Part shown: positions 36,257 to 47,708 of the stretch, piece after piece
Numbering within the stretch: position 1 is the stretch's first letter
How the letters are laid out: each line of letters opens with the position of its first letter
Source: Picochlorum sp. SENEW3
Lineage: Eukaryota
Reading direction: 5' to 3'
Length of the DNA stretch: 64,000 nt
Assembly: GCA_034226945.1 (NCBI GenBank)
Contig: CP120457.1
Span: 434,001-498,000, forward strand
Translations under genes and position numbers: made by a program
The notes under the pieces: generated by a model
Database searches by the model: none
What the model was told of the DNA's origin: nothing
Seen by the model: the letters and a program-made list of their open reading frames with translations, nothing else

Positions 36257-36641
36257 ACTTGAGATATTACTATTAAACAACAATGCAATACTATACTATG
36301 GTCGACATTGGTCTTGTGTCGTCGCAGAGGAACAAAATCGCGAGAGAATTTTCTAAATAAATACATCTGCGTTTGAATTTGAATGGGGATGCAGCATCAA
36401 TCCACTTTTGGACCTCTCTGTGGTCTTGCGTTATGTTGAATTAATGATATAAAATGAACGTATAGAGAATATACAGGTACGTGTGCGGTTGTGTGGCGGC
36501 AAAGTCGGGTTGTTGCACACCGCATGTTTTCTGTTTTGATTTTTTTTTTCAACTCTCCCTGGAGACCAATAAATACAAGCCATCGTGCTTGATTAATAAA
36601 TAAATTCCAATAAATAAATACGAATAAAATAAACGTGCGCC

Positions 36642-37556
36642 ATGGGGGTCAAGAAGAATGCACGACAGAGCACTGTTGCTCAGTTTGGCCCAGACGCCTC
36701 AAGGCCACGCTTGGCACATCAGGAGGCGCCTGGCAAGCGACAGAAGGATGCCAAGACCTCACATGAGAGACTGTTGACTCTTGTAGTCATCGGTATCGCG
36801 CTGATCCGCTTGGGGTTTCGTTGGTATACCAAGCCTCAGACGATGATTTCCTGTACTCCTGAGCAAGAGCTTGTTCAAGTATTCACGGATTTCCTTCCTC
36901 GGCATGAATTTGAGGCGCTCACGTCGTGCACATTGGGCCATTCAAAGTTGCATGTTCAGAGTGCGTTGGGGGACAAAGCCTTTGGGAAGACCAAGGGTTT
37001 TGTGGTGAAATTCAACAATGATGGTGTGTCAACATTTCTGAATCACCCAGACTATGGGGAGTGTTTTGGCAGTTTATTTGAGAGGATGCGTCTGCCAGAG
37101 ACAAATGCGTATGTATTTAATGCGCTTTTGTGTGAATTATCAGACTATGAATCCTGGAAAAGCAATAAAACATCAGTTGGACTGCATTTGGATCAGACTG
37201 TTGGTATGAGGCAGCACGTTCATTCAATAAGCGACTTTTTGGCGCATCAGGTGAATGTTTTATACATTGATATTGCGGATGATATGGTTGGTGGGGAGCT
37301 TGAGGTGTGGTCCTATGGCAATGGTGATTGGACGTCTCTTGATTTGCGCCAACCAGACCGCAGTATTACACCTGAAATAAATACAATGGTTGCCTTTCGG
37401 GGTGACGGCTTTCATCAAGTGAAAGCATATCATAATGCACACGGAAGCACGAAGAAGAGGTTGTCACTTGTGTTGGAACAGTACAAGATTGACACGCAAT
37501 ACTATGCAAATACAATTGAATGGGCTGAGGAGCAAAAGGCATCATATACTGATTAA
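36642..37556 (+). CDS. Membrane-anchored 2OG-Fe(II) oxygenase (prolyl-hydroxylase-like)
   Basis: HLD...GGEL...FRGDGFHQV...RLSLVLEQY facial triad and RxS motif. N-terminal TM helix. Confidence 0.8.
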   Translation: MGVKKNARQSTVAQFGPDASRPRLAHQEAPGKRQKDAKTSHERLLTLVVIGIALIRLGFRWYTKPQTMISCTPEQELVQVFTDFLPRHEFEALTSCTLGHSKLHVQSALGDKAFGKTKGFVVKFNNDGVSTFLNHPDYGECFGSLFERMRLPETNAYVFNALLCELSDYESWKSNKTSVGLHLDQTVGMRQHVHSISDFLAHQVNVLYIDIADDMVGGELEVWSYGNGDWTSLDLRQPDRSITPEINTMVAFRGDGFHQVKAYHNAHGSTKKRLSLVLEQYKIDTQYYANTIEWAEEQKASYTD

Positions 37557-37735
37557 GATCTTCTTCTTCTTCTTTTTTGACTTGCTTCGACCTACTATTA
37601 CTACTACTCACGTTGCATGGATGGTATTTTGTATCGATGGAATACCATCTTGTCTTGTCATTTTTTGAAAATGTCAGGAATAATTATTACATTACGTATA
37701 TATGTATACATTTTTTTGTGAGAACATATCATGCA

Positions 37736-38400
37736 TCACAGACACCCACCACCACCATGCATGGGATACAGTGGATATGACGACGGCTGCTGCTGCTGCT
37801 GCTGTTGCAGAATATTTTGCGCAATTGCATTCACATCAATACATTGACGCCTCCTATAATCTTCTATCAAGTATCCTAATGCCACAGTCAGATCCATCCT
37901 CCCTGGCAAAATTGCTGACATGGCATGAATGGCCTGTGCTGCCTCCATCACAATCCCTAAATCTTCCACTCGTGACTCTCCAGACAACATATAATGAGCA
38001 AATGCAAGAGCAAATCCCACATCACTCTCTGTACATGCAGAAAAACCCTGCCCTGCCTGTGCAAACAGGTTGCTGTACCTATGTGAGGCATGCTGAGATG
38101 TCTTGGCCTCCTTCACCACATCCGCCATCGCCCGTCTCCTCTCAACCATTGCCAACTGATCCATACATTCCTCAACCTCATCCCGCTCGTCATTCCCATT
38201 CCCCACCAAGGGGTAGTATCGTTTTTGGGGTGGAGGAACCTGCACATGGTAATAATAGAACCATCGTCATCATCATCCACACAGATGTCTCCATGAAAAT
38301 GATATATACATACAGGAGGTGCCATTCTATACTTGTCTGCAATCTTCACCCGAGGAGGGGCATACCCCAGGTGGGATGTGTCCTCTTTCCTTTGAAACAT
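37736..38400 (-). CDS. Hypothetical protein (2 exons)
   Basis: ATG exon 38400 to about 38314 and a long 3' ORF, with GT-AG boundaries. No family recognised. Confidence 0.5.
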
Positions 38401-38502
38401 GCGAGTCGTGACTCAATTGTTTCTTTCTCCAGTATCAATGCATTCTTACTACGACGTTGTCCAACAACAATAAATAATTTATTAATAAATAGCCATACTT
38501 AT

Positions 38503-39528
38503 TTAGAGATACCGCCAATGGATACCCCGATGGTTGCCAAATGGCTGAACCTCGGCATACAATATTTCAATCAGGCTCTCCCAAGATGCCTGCAACAGAG
38601 GACCTGGGCGACTCAGCATCCTCACCCCATCCATAATGGCAATCCTCCTCTGAGGCAACTCTTCACTTGTTGTATTCTTCTTTGATAGCGATGACACGAC
38701 TGTCCGTGCACACTTTTCTGACACATCGAGGCCCAGACCACACAGGGCAAACACAATGGTGTCTGCAGTTGCCATGGCATCTGGCTCAATGGTACCCCCA
38801 GGGCCTTGATCTCCAGCGACGACACGCGCTCCAATCATCTCGAGAATTTCTGGGACCCATGCACCGCACGTCATGAGCGGATTTGGCCACTGTATGCATG
38901 CCACGTTGGGATGGCCTCTGCCCTGACAGACCTGTCTGGCAGTCTCGAAATTCTCCTTCATGGAGGCAACAATCTCTTGTCCGGTAGTCGATACATCCAA
39001 CGCGTCTGCTATTCGCTGCATATCGTCATATATACTATCCAACGTCTGTCCATTACAATGCACCACGCGTGGTTCATAGCCCAACACAGACTCAAATGCA
39101 CAGGCACACAGCTCTCCTTCCAAGATACAGGAATGGGCCGTCTGAAGACACGTCAGAATCACATCAGGTTTAAGCTCATGCAAGGTATTAATCTTTTCTA
39201 GATGGTACACTGATAAACCGTATTGTAATAACGGCATGGCCAGGCCTGCACCCAGCATCTGCATCTCTTCTATGGCTGCTACAGATGCACTGAATACATT
39301 CTGAATCTCCTCAATGGGGATGCTATCTCCTATTCGATTCGACGTGAGAACTGGGATGCGAGATGCATCGAGTGATTCCACATCGCATTCATGTGAACAT
39401 CCTATTAACTCGAAAGGTCGCTGCTGGGGAGTAGAGCTTTGTCCCTCTGCCAAGAGCTGCAGTTGCTTTTCCAACGCAACCACCGTATCGGTTGCACTGG
39501 GTAATAAACTCACCACACGAAGAACCAT
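38503..39528 (-). CDS. BtuF/TroA-like (cobalamin/Fe-siderophore) periplasmic-binding-fold protein
   Basis: RVVSLLPSATD...LIGCSHECD...LKPDVILT...W..PLM..G.WVPE...SRPGP. Confidence 0.82.
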   Translation of the reverse strand: MVLRVVSLLPSATDTVVALEKQLQLLAEGQSSTPQQRPFELIGCSHECDVESLDASRIPVLTSNRIGDSIPIEEIQNVFSASVAAIEEMQMLGAGLAMPLLQYGLSVYHLEKINTLHELKPDVILTCLQTAHSCILEGELCACAFESVLGYEPRVVHCNGQTLDSIYDDMQRIADALDVSTTGQEIVASMKENFETARQVCQGRGHPNVACIQWPNPLMTCGAWVPEILEMIGARVVAGDQGPGGTIEPDAMATADTIVFALCGLGLDVSEKCARTVVSSLSKKNTTSEELPQRRIAIMDGVRMLSRPGPLLQASWESLIEILYAEVQPFGNHRGIHWRYL

Positions 39529-39804
39529 GGATGAATGTATTTATATATATATTAAAATAAATAATACATTGTATCAGGAAAAAGGGTAGTCTATGCAAAA
39601 AAGTGCATGTTCAAGATTGTTTCATTTACGGAAATTTGGTGGGTGGGTTGTTTTTCATGCACCGCCGTCTTTGACTGATTCAAGGGCAATATCGCAGGAA
39701 AATGCCGATGGAATTTTTAAATACATAGTATTTGTTACGGTAGTAGAATGCATCGATTCGGAATTCAATCGACAGGAGGGAGTTTGAAGACTGGGACGAC
39801 GACC

Positions 39805-41659
39805 ATGCTGCTTTTCCAGTCTCGGTTGACGCAGTCTTTGTCCTTCTATATGCGACAGCGGTGTTATCGTCAGATATCAACTTTTACAGTGAAATCTCAG
39901 GATGTGGAGAATGCGTCAGTCGAGTATGTTGAATGCCAATCTATGTACTCTGGTTTCTTTTAATCTCTCTCTCTGGTTTTTTATTTAGTAGTATTATTAT
40001 TGAGTGTATGTGACATGCAGGGTGAATCAGAAGAAGGCAGCAAAGAATAGTAATGGTGGTTCGAAAAAGGCAAAAAAGAAGCAGGGCAAGGGGGATCAAT
40101 CATCATCCTCATCTATTGAAGAGATTCGAGAGTTGAGGATATCAAAGGCACAGGATATTCGGGAATTAGGGCAGAATCCTTACGCGTATACATACTCTCG
40201 GACGCACTCGGCGCAAGAATTACAGGATTTGTACTCTGAGTTGCCGAATGGTGAGCAGAAGGATGATGTGACGGTGTCTGTGGCTGGAAGAATCATGATG
40301 CGTCGTGTCATGGGCAAGTTGGCCTTTGCCAAACTTGTGGATGGGAGTGGGTCCATACAAATGTATGTGGATAAGAAGATTCTCGAGTCAAGTCAAGAAG
40401 GAGGGTTTCAGATGTTCAAGCAGCTGGTGGATGCTGGGGATATTGTTGGTGTGACTGGAGGGTTGAGGAGGACAGACAAGGGAGAGTTGTCTGTTGTGGT
40501 TAAGAGCCTGCAGGTGTTAACAAAAGCGATATTGCCTCTTCCGGATAAATATCACGGTCTGACGGATGTCGAGTCTCGATACCGTAAGAGATATTTGGAT
40601 ATGATTGTAACGCCTGGGGTTGCACAGACGCTGAAAGCACGGTCCTTGGCGGTATCGACAATCAGGAGGACATTGGAGGATATGGGGTATTTGGAAGTTG
40701 AAACGCCAGTGTTGGAAAATTCAGCTGGAGGAGCTGATGCAAGACCTTTTGTGACGTATCATAATACGCTGGAGAGGGATTTTACTTTGAGGATTGCGAC
40801 GGAATTGCATTTGAAACGGCTTGTTGTTGGGGGCTTGGAAAAGGTGTTTGAGATTGGCAGGATTTTCAGGAATGAAGGTATTTCATCCAGGCATAATCCA
40901 GAATTTACTTCTATTGAATTATATGAAGCGTATTCAGACTATAATGATATGATGGATTTGACAGAATTGCTGATTCGAGCGGCAACTCGCGCTGTGACAG
41001 GATCGCTCCGGGTCATGTATCAGGATGTTGAATTGGACTTTGAAAGTCCATTTGTCAGAGCAACCATGCATGATTTGGTACAACAAGAGACTGGAATTGA
41101 CTTTACAAAATACTTCACGGAGCAAAAGGACGATGCGGCGCTGGAAGAGGCGAAGAAGGAGGTCTTGGCAGCATTTTCAGACAAGGGGGCAGATGCTGCA
41201 GCTGCTGCCAAAGTGAGGGATGCACCATCAGTTGGCCACGTGCTCAACGAAGCGTTCGAAGAGCTTGTCGAACCAACATTGATCCAACCCACATTTGTAT
41301 TAGACCATCCCGTGGAAATATCACCCCTCGCCAAACCCCACAGAGAAACTGCTGGTCTGGTGGAGAGATTTGAGCTGTTTGTCGCAGGCCGTGAGCTTGC
41401 CAACAGTTTCAGTGAGCTCACTGACCCAGTAGATCAACGAGCTCGACTCGAAGCCCAAGTGGCAAATCATAGAGACATGAAGGGTAAGCCATCAACAGAC
41501 GAAGAGTATGACATTGCCGTAGATGAGGACTTTTTGGCTGCTTTAGAGCAAGGCATGCCTCCAACAGGAGGCATGGGTATGGGTATTGACCGCCTCGTCA
41601 TGCTCCTGACAGACAGCCCCAGTATCAGGGATGTCATTGCATTCCCACTTATGAAATAA
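39805..41659 (+). CDS. lysS: Organellar lysyl-tRNA synthetase (class II)
   Basis: OB-fold domain, [42 protein letters not shown]. Targeting exon, then intron about 39923-40020. Confidence 0.95.
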
Positions 41660-41712
41660 TAATTATACACCATCTTGTTATTCTTATGCGTCTTGTATCA
41701 AATAGTTTATTA

Positions 41713-42089
41713 TTATGAGCAAGCAACACCACCAACCCTGTCCCTTGGAATCAGTCTCAGTTCAGACCCATGCTTCAAAAACACATTCCCCGCAGTCTGC
41801 TGAGGGTTGATACCCACCCCATCATTTGTAATAATGGCACTCGTCTGAGATGGTACTTTGAACTCTTCTGCAGCGAATTTAAGCACAGCAGTAAAAGGTG
41901 CTTCCTCTGGGACACTAAAAACTCTAAAAGGCAACTTTGGATCAGACGTCAGGACCACCTTGAACGTTACTTTACTCCCTCCTCCTTGAGCCCTACAACA
42001 GAACATAAAAGAACATGTTAGAATGCATTCCATCTCAAAGTCAGCTCGGGAAATTGTCGATCACTCGAAGAATCGTTGCCAACGTACAT
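41713..42089 (-). CDS. UFM1: Ubiquitin-fold modifier 1
   Basis: [16 protein letters not shown]...[16 protein letters not shown]...[13 protein letters not shown]. The ATG is split by intron 42087-41993. Confidence 0.95.
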
Positions 42090-42318
42090 AATTATTATCT
42101 CTCCTAAGCAACGAATATGCTCTTTTCGGCAATTATTCAATTAAAATAGTATTGTATCAACAAGAACACTGGATTTCCAATGGACATATGAGCCAAGAAT
42201 CGTCTGCTCTTGGAAGGAGCGTATCCGTAAATAGAACATTAAATCATCCTTCATGTGATTCGAATTCTCCCCCTCCACCCTGACCAATCAAAGCAGATCA
42301 TCAATAAATGTAAATACT

Positions 42319-45300
42319 ATGGGTAATAGTCAGAGTAGGAACAAGAACGGGGCCACTCTGAGCAGTGGGGTGTTGGTGGACAATGGGTCCCTCGTCTCGT
42401 TGATACGAGGTGGAGGTGGTGGGAAGATTACCCGATCTTCATTGCATCAGATGAGTATTGAATTTTCCAATGTGCTTCGAGGGAATGGGATCAATCCTGG
42501 GGATGTGGTGACTGTGGTTGATTCTAACACGATCGACTTTGTGGTGGCCTTTTTGGGAGTCACATATGCTCGTGCTGTTGCTGCTCCTTTGAATCAGAAT
42601 TACACTGCGGTACGGATTTTGATTCTTGATGGATTTGAAGAGTTCTCTGTGTGACGTGGAGTGATGGTTGCAGGAGGAATTCAAGTATTACATGGAGGAT
42701 GCCAAGTCAAAGTTGCTTGTTACAGGTGCACAGGGAAATGCGGCTGCAGAGAAGGCCGATGTGGTTCCCTGTATGTCAGTAAAGATCTCAATAGATGCTG
42801 AGACGTCTATGGGGAGATTGCATGTGACTGGAAAGTCAGAGGTGGACTTGAAGGTGGAGGATGTGTTTGCCAAGGATCCACCAAAGGCTGATGATGTGGC
42901 TCTCTTCTTGCATACCTCTGGGACGACATCTAGGCCTAAAGGTGTTCCATTGACTCATGGAAATTTGATGGCGTCGTTGGAGAATATTCGGGAGACGTAC
43001 GAGTTTACCACAGAGGATGTGTCTCTGCTGGTGATGCCTTTGTTCCATGTGCATGGGTTGATGGCTGGCTTGCTGTCTCCTTTGTCCGCTGGGGCATCGG
43101 TTGTCCTTCCAGAAGCTGGAAAGTTTTCTGCTGGGACGTTTTGGAAGGATGCTGTTGAGCACAAGGTGACGTTTTATACTGCTGTGCCAACAATGCATCA
43201 GATCTTGGCGTCGCGAGCAGAGCAAGATTATCCAAAAGATAATCCTCTTCCTATCCGAGTGATTCGTTCATGTTCTTCATCTCTTGCTCCAGCAACGCTG
43301 CATCAGGTGGAAAAGCTTTTTGGAGCGCCCGTGTTGGAGGCGTATGCAATGACTGAAGCATCACATCAGATGACATCAAATCCTCTTCCAAAGCATGGGG
43401 AGAGAAAACCTGGTACTGTTGGGAAGCCGCAAGGATCTGTAAAGGTTGCGATTTTGAGCGATTCGTGCAAGGTTCTTGGTGCAGGAGAGGTTGGCGAAGT
43501 GTGTATTCGAGGGCCAAATGTGACCAAGGGGTACAAGGACAATCCAAAAGCAAATAAAGAAGCGTTTGCTGGTGGATGGTTCCATACTGGTGATCAAGGA
43601 TATTTGAGTGAAGATGGTTACCTCACACTGACAGGAAGAATCAAGGAATTGATCAACAGAGGTGGTGAGAAGATTTCACCCTTAGAGGTATGTAGGTTGT
43701 ACTCTTTGGCATTAGAAATGAAAATGTCTGAGCTGGTGTTAGTATGTGTAGGTTGATGCCACTCTTCTTGCACATCCATTGGTGGGAGAAGCTGTATCTT
43801 TCGCCGCCCCGGATGAAAAGTATGGTGAGGAAGTAGCAGCGGCAGTTGTGCTCAAGACTCCAGATGGTGTCAAGGAGCTTGAATCAAAAGGCGAGGAGGA
43901 TATCATCAAATCCATCAAAGAATTTTGCGGTGGTAAATTGTCGGCGTTCAAGATTCCAAAACAGATTTTCATTACTGATACTCTACCAAAGAATGCCACC
44001 GGCAAAATCCAGAGGAGATTCATGGTGGATGCTTTCATCAACAAGAAACCTTCTGAGAAGGGTGAGTGATACGTTGTAGACTGCATAGATGTATTTCGAT
44101 AGTTGCATGTAAATGAGGACTATATAATAATCAAATACAATTTTGCTCTTCAGGTCCATCGACAGTGACCATTACTGGGTATGACCTTGCTGCCACAACC
44201 CTGCACAAGCTTGGTATCCGTTACATGTTTGGTGTTATTGGTATTCCTGTGACACAAATGGCTTCTGCGGCACAAGCAGCTGGTATTCGTTTCATTAGCT
44301 GTAGAAATGAACAAGCTGCTGGCTATGCTGCCGCTGCTGCTGGATTTTTAACCGGCAAGCCTGGGGTGTTGTTGACAGTGTCTGGCCCTGGGATGGTCCA
44401 CGGTATAGCTGGACTCTCTCACGCCAAAGTCAATAACTGGCCATTGATTTTGATCAGTGGAAGTTGCGAAACGGTACGTGTAGAGAGTTTTTAGTGCATC
44501 ATATACTTGAGAGCAGCATGTCAAACCCTTGGGTGTTTTGCAGAATGAGGTTGGCAAGGGAGCCTTCCAGGAACTGGATCAATGTGCGGCAGCCGCTGCG
44601 TATACACGGGTATCTGTGCAAGCCAAATGCCTTGAAGATATCCCGTCGTGTATCGAGTCTGCATGTAGGGCTGCAATGTCGCATGGGTATGGGGCGTCGT
44701 ATGTTGATGTTCCATCCAATGTATTCATGAGCACGCTTCAGAATTCTGACGCAAGCCAGGCGCTTTTGAGCTCTATCTCAGGCGTTGAAGCCAAGGCAAA
44801 AGTAGAAATAAAACATCATGCAGTATCAAAAATAATTCGTCTGATCGGATCATCTTCCAGGTACGTCTTACATTCTTTCCTCATACCACCATGGTGGACC
44901 ACCAATTGCAAATGATGAAACACATGTATACGTTCCATTGTCCAGGCCATTGTTGGTATTAGGAGTTGGATCAGCCATGGATCGGGCAGAAACAGTACTA
45001 CGAGACCTGGTAGATACATGGAAAGTGCCGTTTATATCTGCATCAATGGCCAGGGGCGTTGTGCCAGACAGCAGTCCATACTGTGCTAATGCTGCTCGCT
45101 CATTGGCATTGGCCAAGGCAGATACAGTCCTCGTTCTAGGCAATGGACTGAATTGGCAGTTGCACTTTGGCGAAGCTCCTAAATGGTCGAAAGATGCGAC
45201 CTTTGTGCTGATTGATGGTAAAATTTGCAGTCGAGACAAAAAGGTTGCACACATGGCAATCGAGACATCTGTGCAACAGGCTGTCAGGGATATGCTTCAT

Positions 45301-46038
45301 GCAAAAGACACAGTAGACTCGGACGCATGGGTAGCATGGAGGCAAGAAATAGAGGCAAGAGTATCATCTGCCAAGGCAAAACTTTCCATCAAGCTTGCCA
45401 AGACTATATATCCCCTCAATTATCACACTGCCCTCCGTGTTATTCGCGATGAAATTGCAGACATAAAACCAGCACCAGTCGTCATAGCAGAGGGTGCCAA
45501 CACAATGGATCAAGCAAGAATTCTTCTCGAGCCCGTGGACTCGCCACGCTGTAGATTGGATGCTGGAGCATGGGGCACGATGGGGATTGGTCTTGGGAGT
45601 GCCATTGCTGCTGCTGTTACCACAGATCGCCTTGTTGTGGCTGTAGAAGGTGACTCAGCCTTTGGATTTAGCGGCATGGAAATGGAAACTATATGCCGAT
45701 ACAAATTGCCCATCATTGTGATTGTCTTCAACAATGGTGGCATCTACGGTGGTGATAGAAGGCCTGAAGCACTGTGTCAAGCTGCAAGAGCTGGCTTGGA
45801 ACAGGCCGGCTATGCCCATGACCCAGCCCCCACATCGTTCGTCCCCCATGCTGCATATGAATCTCTATCCACTGCTTTCGGAGGACAAGGAGCACATGTT
45901 GAAACTGCAGAGCAGCTCCAAGATGTACTCCACAAGGCAATCTCGGACAGAAAACCAATGCTCATCAATGTTGCCATTGACCCCACAGCAGGCGTTGAAA
46001 GTGGAACAGTCCATGCATTCAATGCACCCAAAAAATAA
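42319..46038 (+). CDS. Predicted bifunctional oxalate-CoA ligase / oxalyl-CoA decarboxylase (HACL1-type) fusion, 1114 aa
   Basis: Exons 42319-42609, 42674-43687, 43752-44061, 44154-44473, 44544-44860, 44946-46038. Ligase motifs: LHTSGTTSRPKGV, RSCSSSL, EAYAMTEASHQM. TPP-enzyme motifs: MFGVIGIPV, RNEQAAGYAA, EGANTMD, RLDAGAWGTMG, EGDSAFGFSGME. Confidence 0.8.
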
Positions 46039-46107
46039 TTTCAATCTATTACACTAGTAATATTTACAGCAATGGTCATGGTCAAATGTACTTTTTTAAA
46101 GTTCTCT

Positions 46108-47169
46108 TTATGTAGTATTGCAAGCCGCAGCATTCGACATGATGGCAGAATTTGCACGAGCGCGAAGCACATCAAGCTTCTCTCCATTCCATGATACTTC
46201 CTTCCAACCATCACACGATTGCCTCGACGGATTCCTCTCTCGTAAAACAACAAGTGCAAACTTTGACACAGCTCTGTAACGAGAGCCGGCGTAATTGATT
46301 GCTCCATCCTCACCAACAGATGCCCTCACCTCTGCATGCCCAACAGAGAACTTGTGCTCCCCAGGCTTCATAAAACCAGCACTAACAAGCTCACAAAAAC
46401 TAGGCCTTCCTTTAGATTCATGACGAGCGCTTGTAGCTCGAATCGCTTTCGCTCCTCTCGTTTTCATTGCGAAGCGAGATCCTGTGCCTCTATTGCTCAA
46501 CTCTTTTCGCTCAGGACCCTTCTTCTTCAATATCTTGGTACTTTTGCCCACGGTAGAACTAGAAATTTGATCGCTTGAAGCACTTTTTGCAGCCGGAGAT
46601 TTCGACGAAGACAGTGAGGACGATGGTAGCCGCACCACACCATCAGCCAGCCGCTTGGGGACACTTCTATTCCTCTTGCTTGGAGGGCGCCGTGCAATTG
46701 GCGCCCCTGTTCCCTGTACCGGCACAGCCTTCACTCCATCTCTATCCTCATACCGCGTAAATGAAGAATCCCGAGGGCTGTCATCCGACTGCTCGTCCAC
46801 ACCACTCCGTGCATCATGCAAAGAAGACCCATCCAGCAGTGGTTGTTCCTGTTGCTGTGGAAATTGGATGAGAGGAGGAGCATCGTAGGGCTGCACCTTC
46901 TGACCATCCACCAGTTCACCCGCGTATGGATCCATACCATCTCCCTCTATACATGTTCCACTGGTATCATGGAACAGATCCACCCCAAAACCCAAGTGGG
47001 CACCCTCTTGGTCATCATTCCAACCAATATGCGTCCCCATAGACTCAAACATCAAAGGGTCCGACTCGAACAATTTCTGCCCAAAGCAATCCTCTGTTCC
47101 ATGAGCATTCACAGTATCGACAGTCGACCACCCATCCACATCAGCATCGAGACCCATAGGCATGACCAT
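46108..47169 (-). CDS. RAMA-domain (MPND-like) putative DNA-binding protein
   Basis: LVSAGFMKPG...A.V.EDGAI.Y.G..Y...SKFA...NP...CDGW..V.WNG..L..LR after a disordered acidic/basic region. Confidence 0.7.
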   Translation of the reverse strand: MVMPMGLDADVDGWSTVDTVNAHGTEDCFGQKLFESDPLMFESMGTHIGWNDDQEGAHLGFGVDLFHDTSGTCIEGDGMDPYAGELVDGQKVQPYDAPPLIQFPQQQEQPLLDGSSLHDARSGVDEQSDDSPRDSSFTRYEDRDGVKAVPVQGTGAPIARRPPSKRNRSVPKRLADGVVRLPSSSLSSSKSPAAKSASSDQISSSTVGKSTKILKKKGPERKELSNRGTGSRFAMKTRGAKAIRATSARHESKGRPSFCELVSAGFMKPGEHKFSVGHAEVRASVGEDGAINYAGSRYRAVSKFALVVLRERNPSRQSCDGWKEVSWNGEKLDVLRARANSAIMSNAAACNTT

Positions 47170-47708
47170 CCTGCGCTCCCGTTGGAGACGGATACAAAAA
47201 CCTTCCAGACAAATCGGTCGCCCAAAGGTCCTGTCCTTCCCCTTCGACTATAACCGCGTACAAATATTCAACTCTGCACATATACACCAGACCACTATCA
47301 AATCCACCCTAGGATCTCCGATCAACGTCAATCTAGGACCACGCCAGGGCCCGTCACCAGTCACTCTGTGCCTGAATCCGATCTCTGGCCAATCCACGCA
47401 TGCTTTGGAATAGTCAAACATACCTTTATTAGGCAAGTATTTCTGTGTGTGATTGCCTCACCCACGTATGCCAGATCGGATTTTTTTGTCGGGGCAAACG
47501 TCGCCACAAGCCTCACCCGTGACACACCAAACCGGGCCTACGCAAACCTTATTTGACACGAATACGATATAATTGACTATTTTTGGTATCTGAAGGATAC
47601 GAATCGGTGCAACCTATATCGGTTCGTTGAGTTTCGGTCGCCGCAGTTGCGTCATCCAGAACCGGCGCGCCGTGACTTTTTTTTTCCATTGTTCTTTTTA
47701 CACACGTG

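Noticed and set aside
37702..38685. 327-aa plus-strand ORF
   Set aside because: Antisense shadow of two minus-strand genes, with no motifs.
43779..44494. Ligase and TPP enzyme as two separate genes, as the ORF track suggests
   Set aside because: The TPP enzyme has no in-frame ATG before its conserved first helix, and a consensus donor/acceptor pair joins the two frames. Not fully excluded without cDNA.
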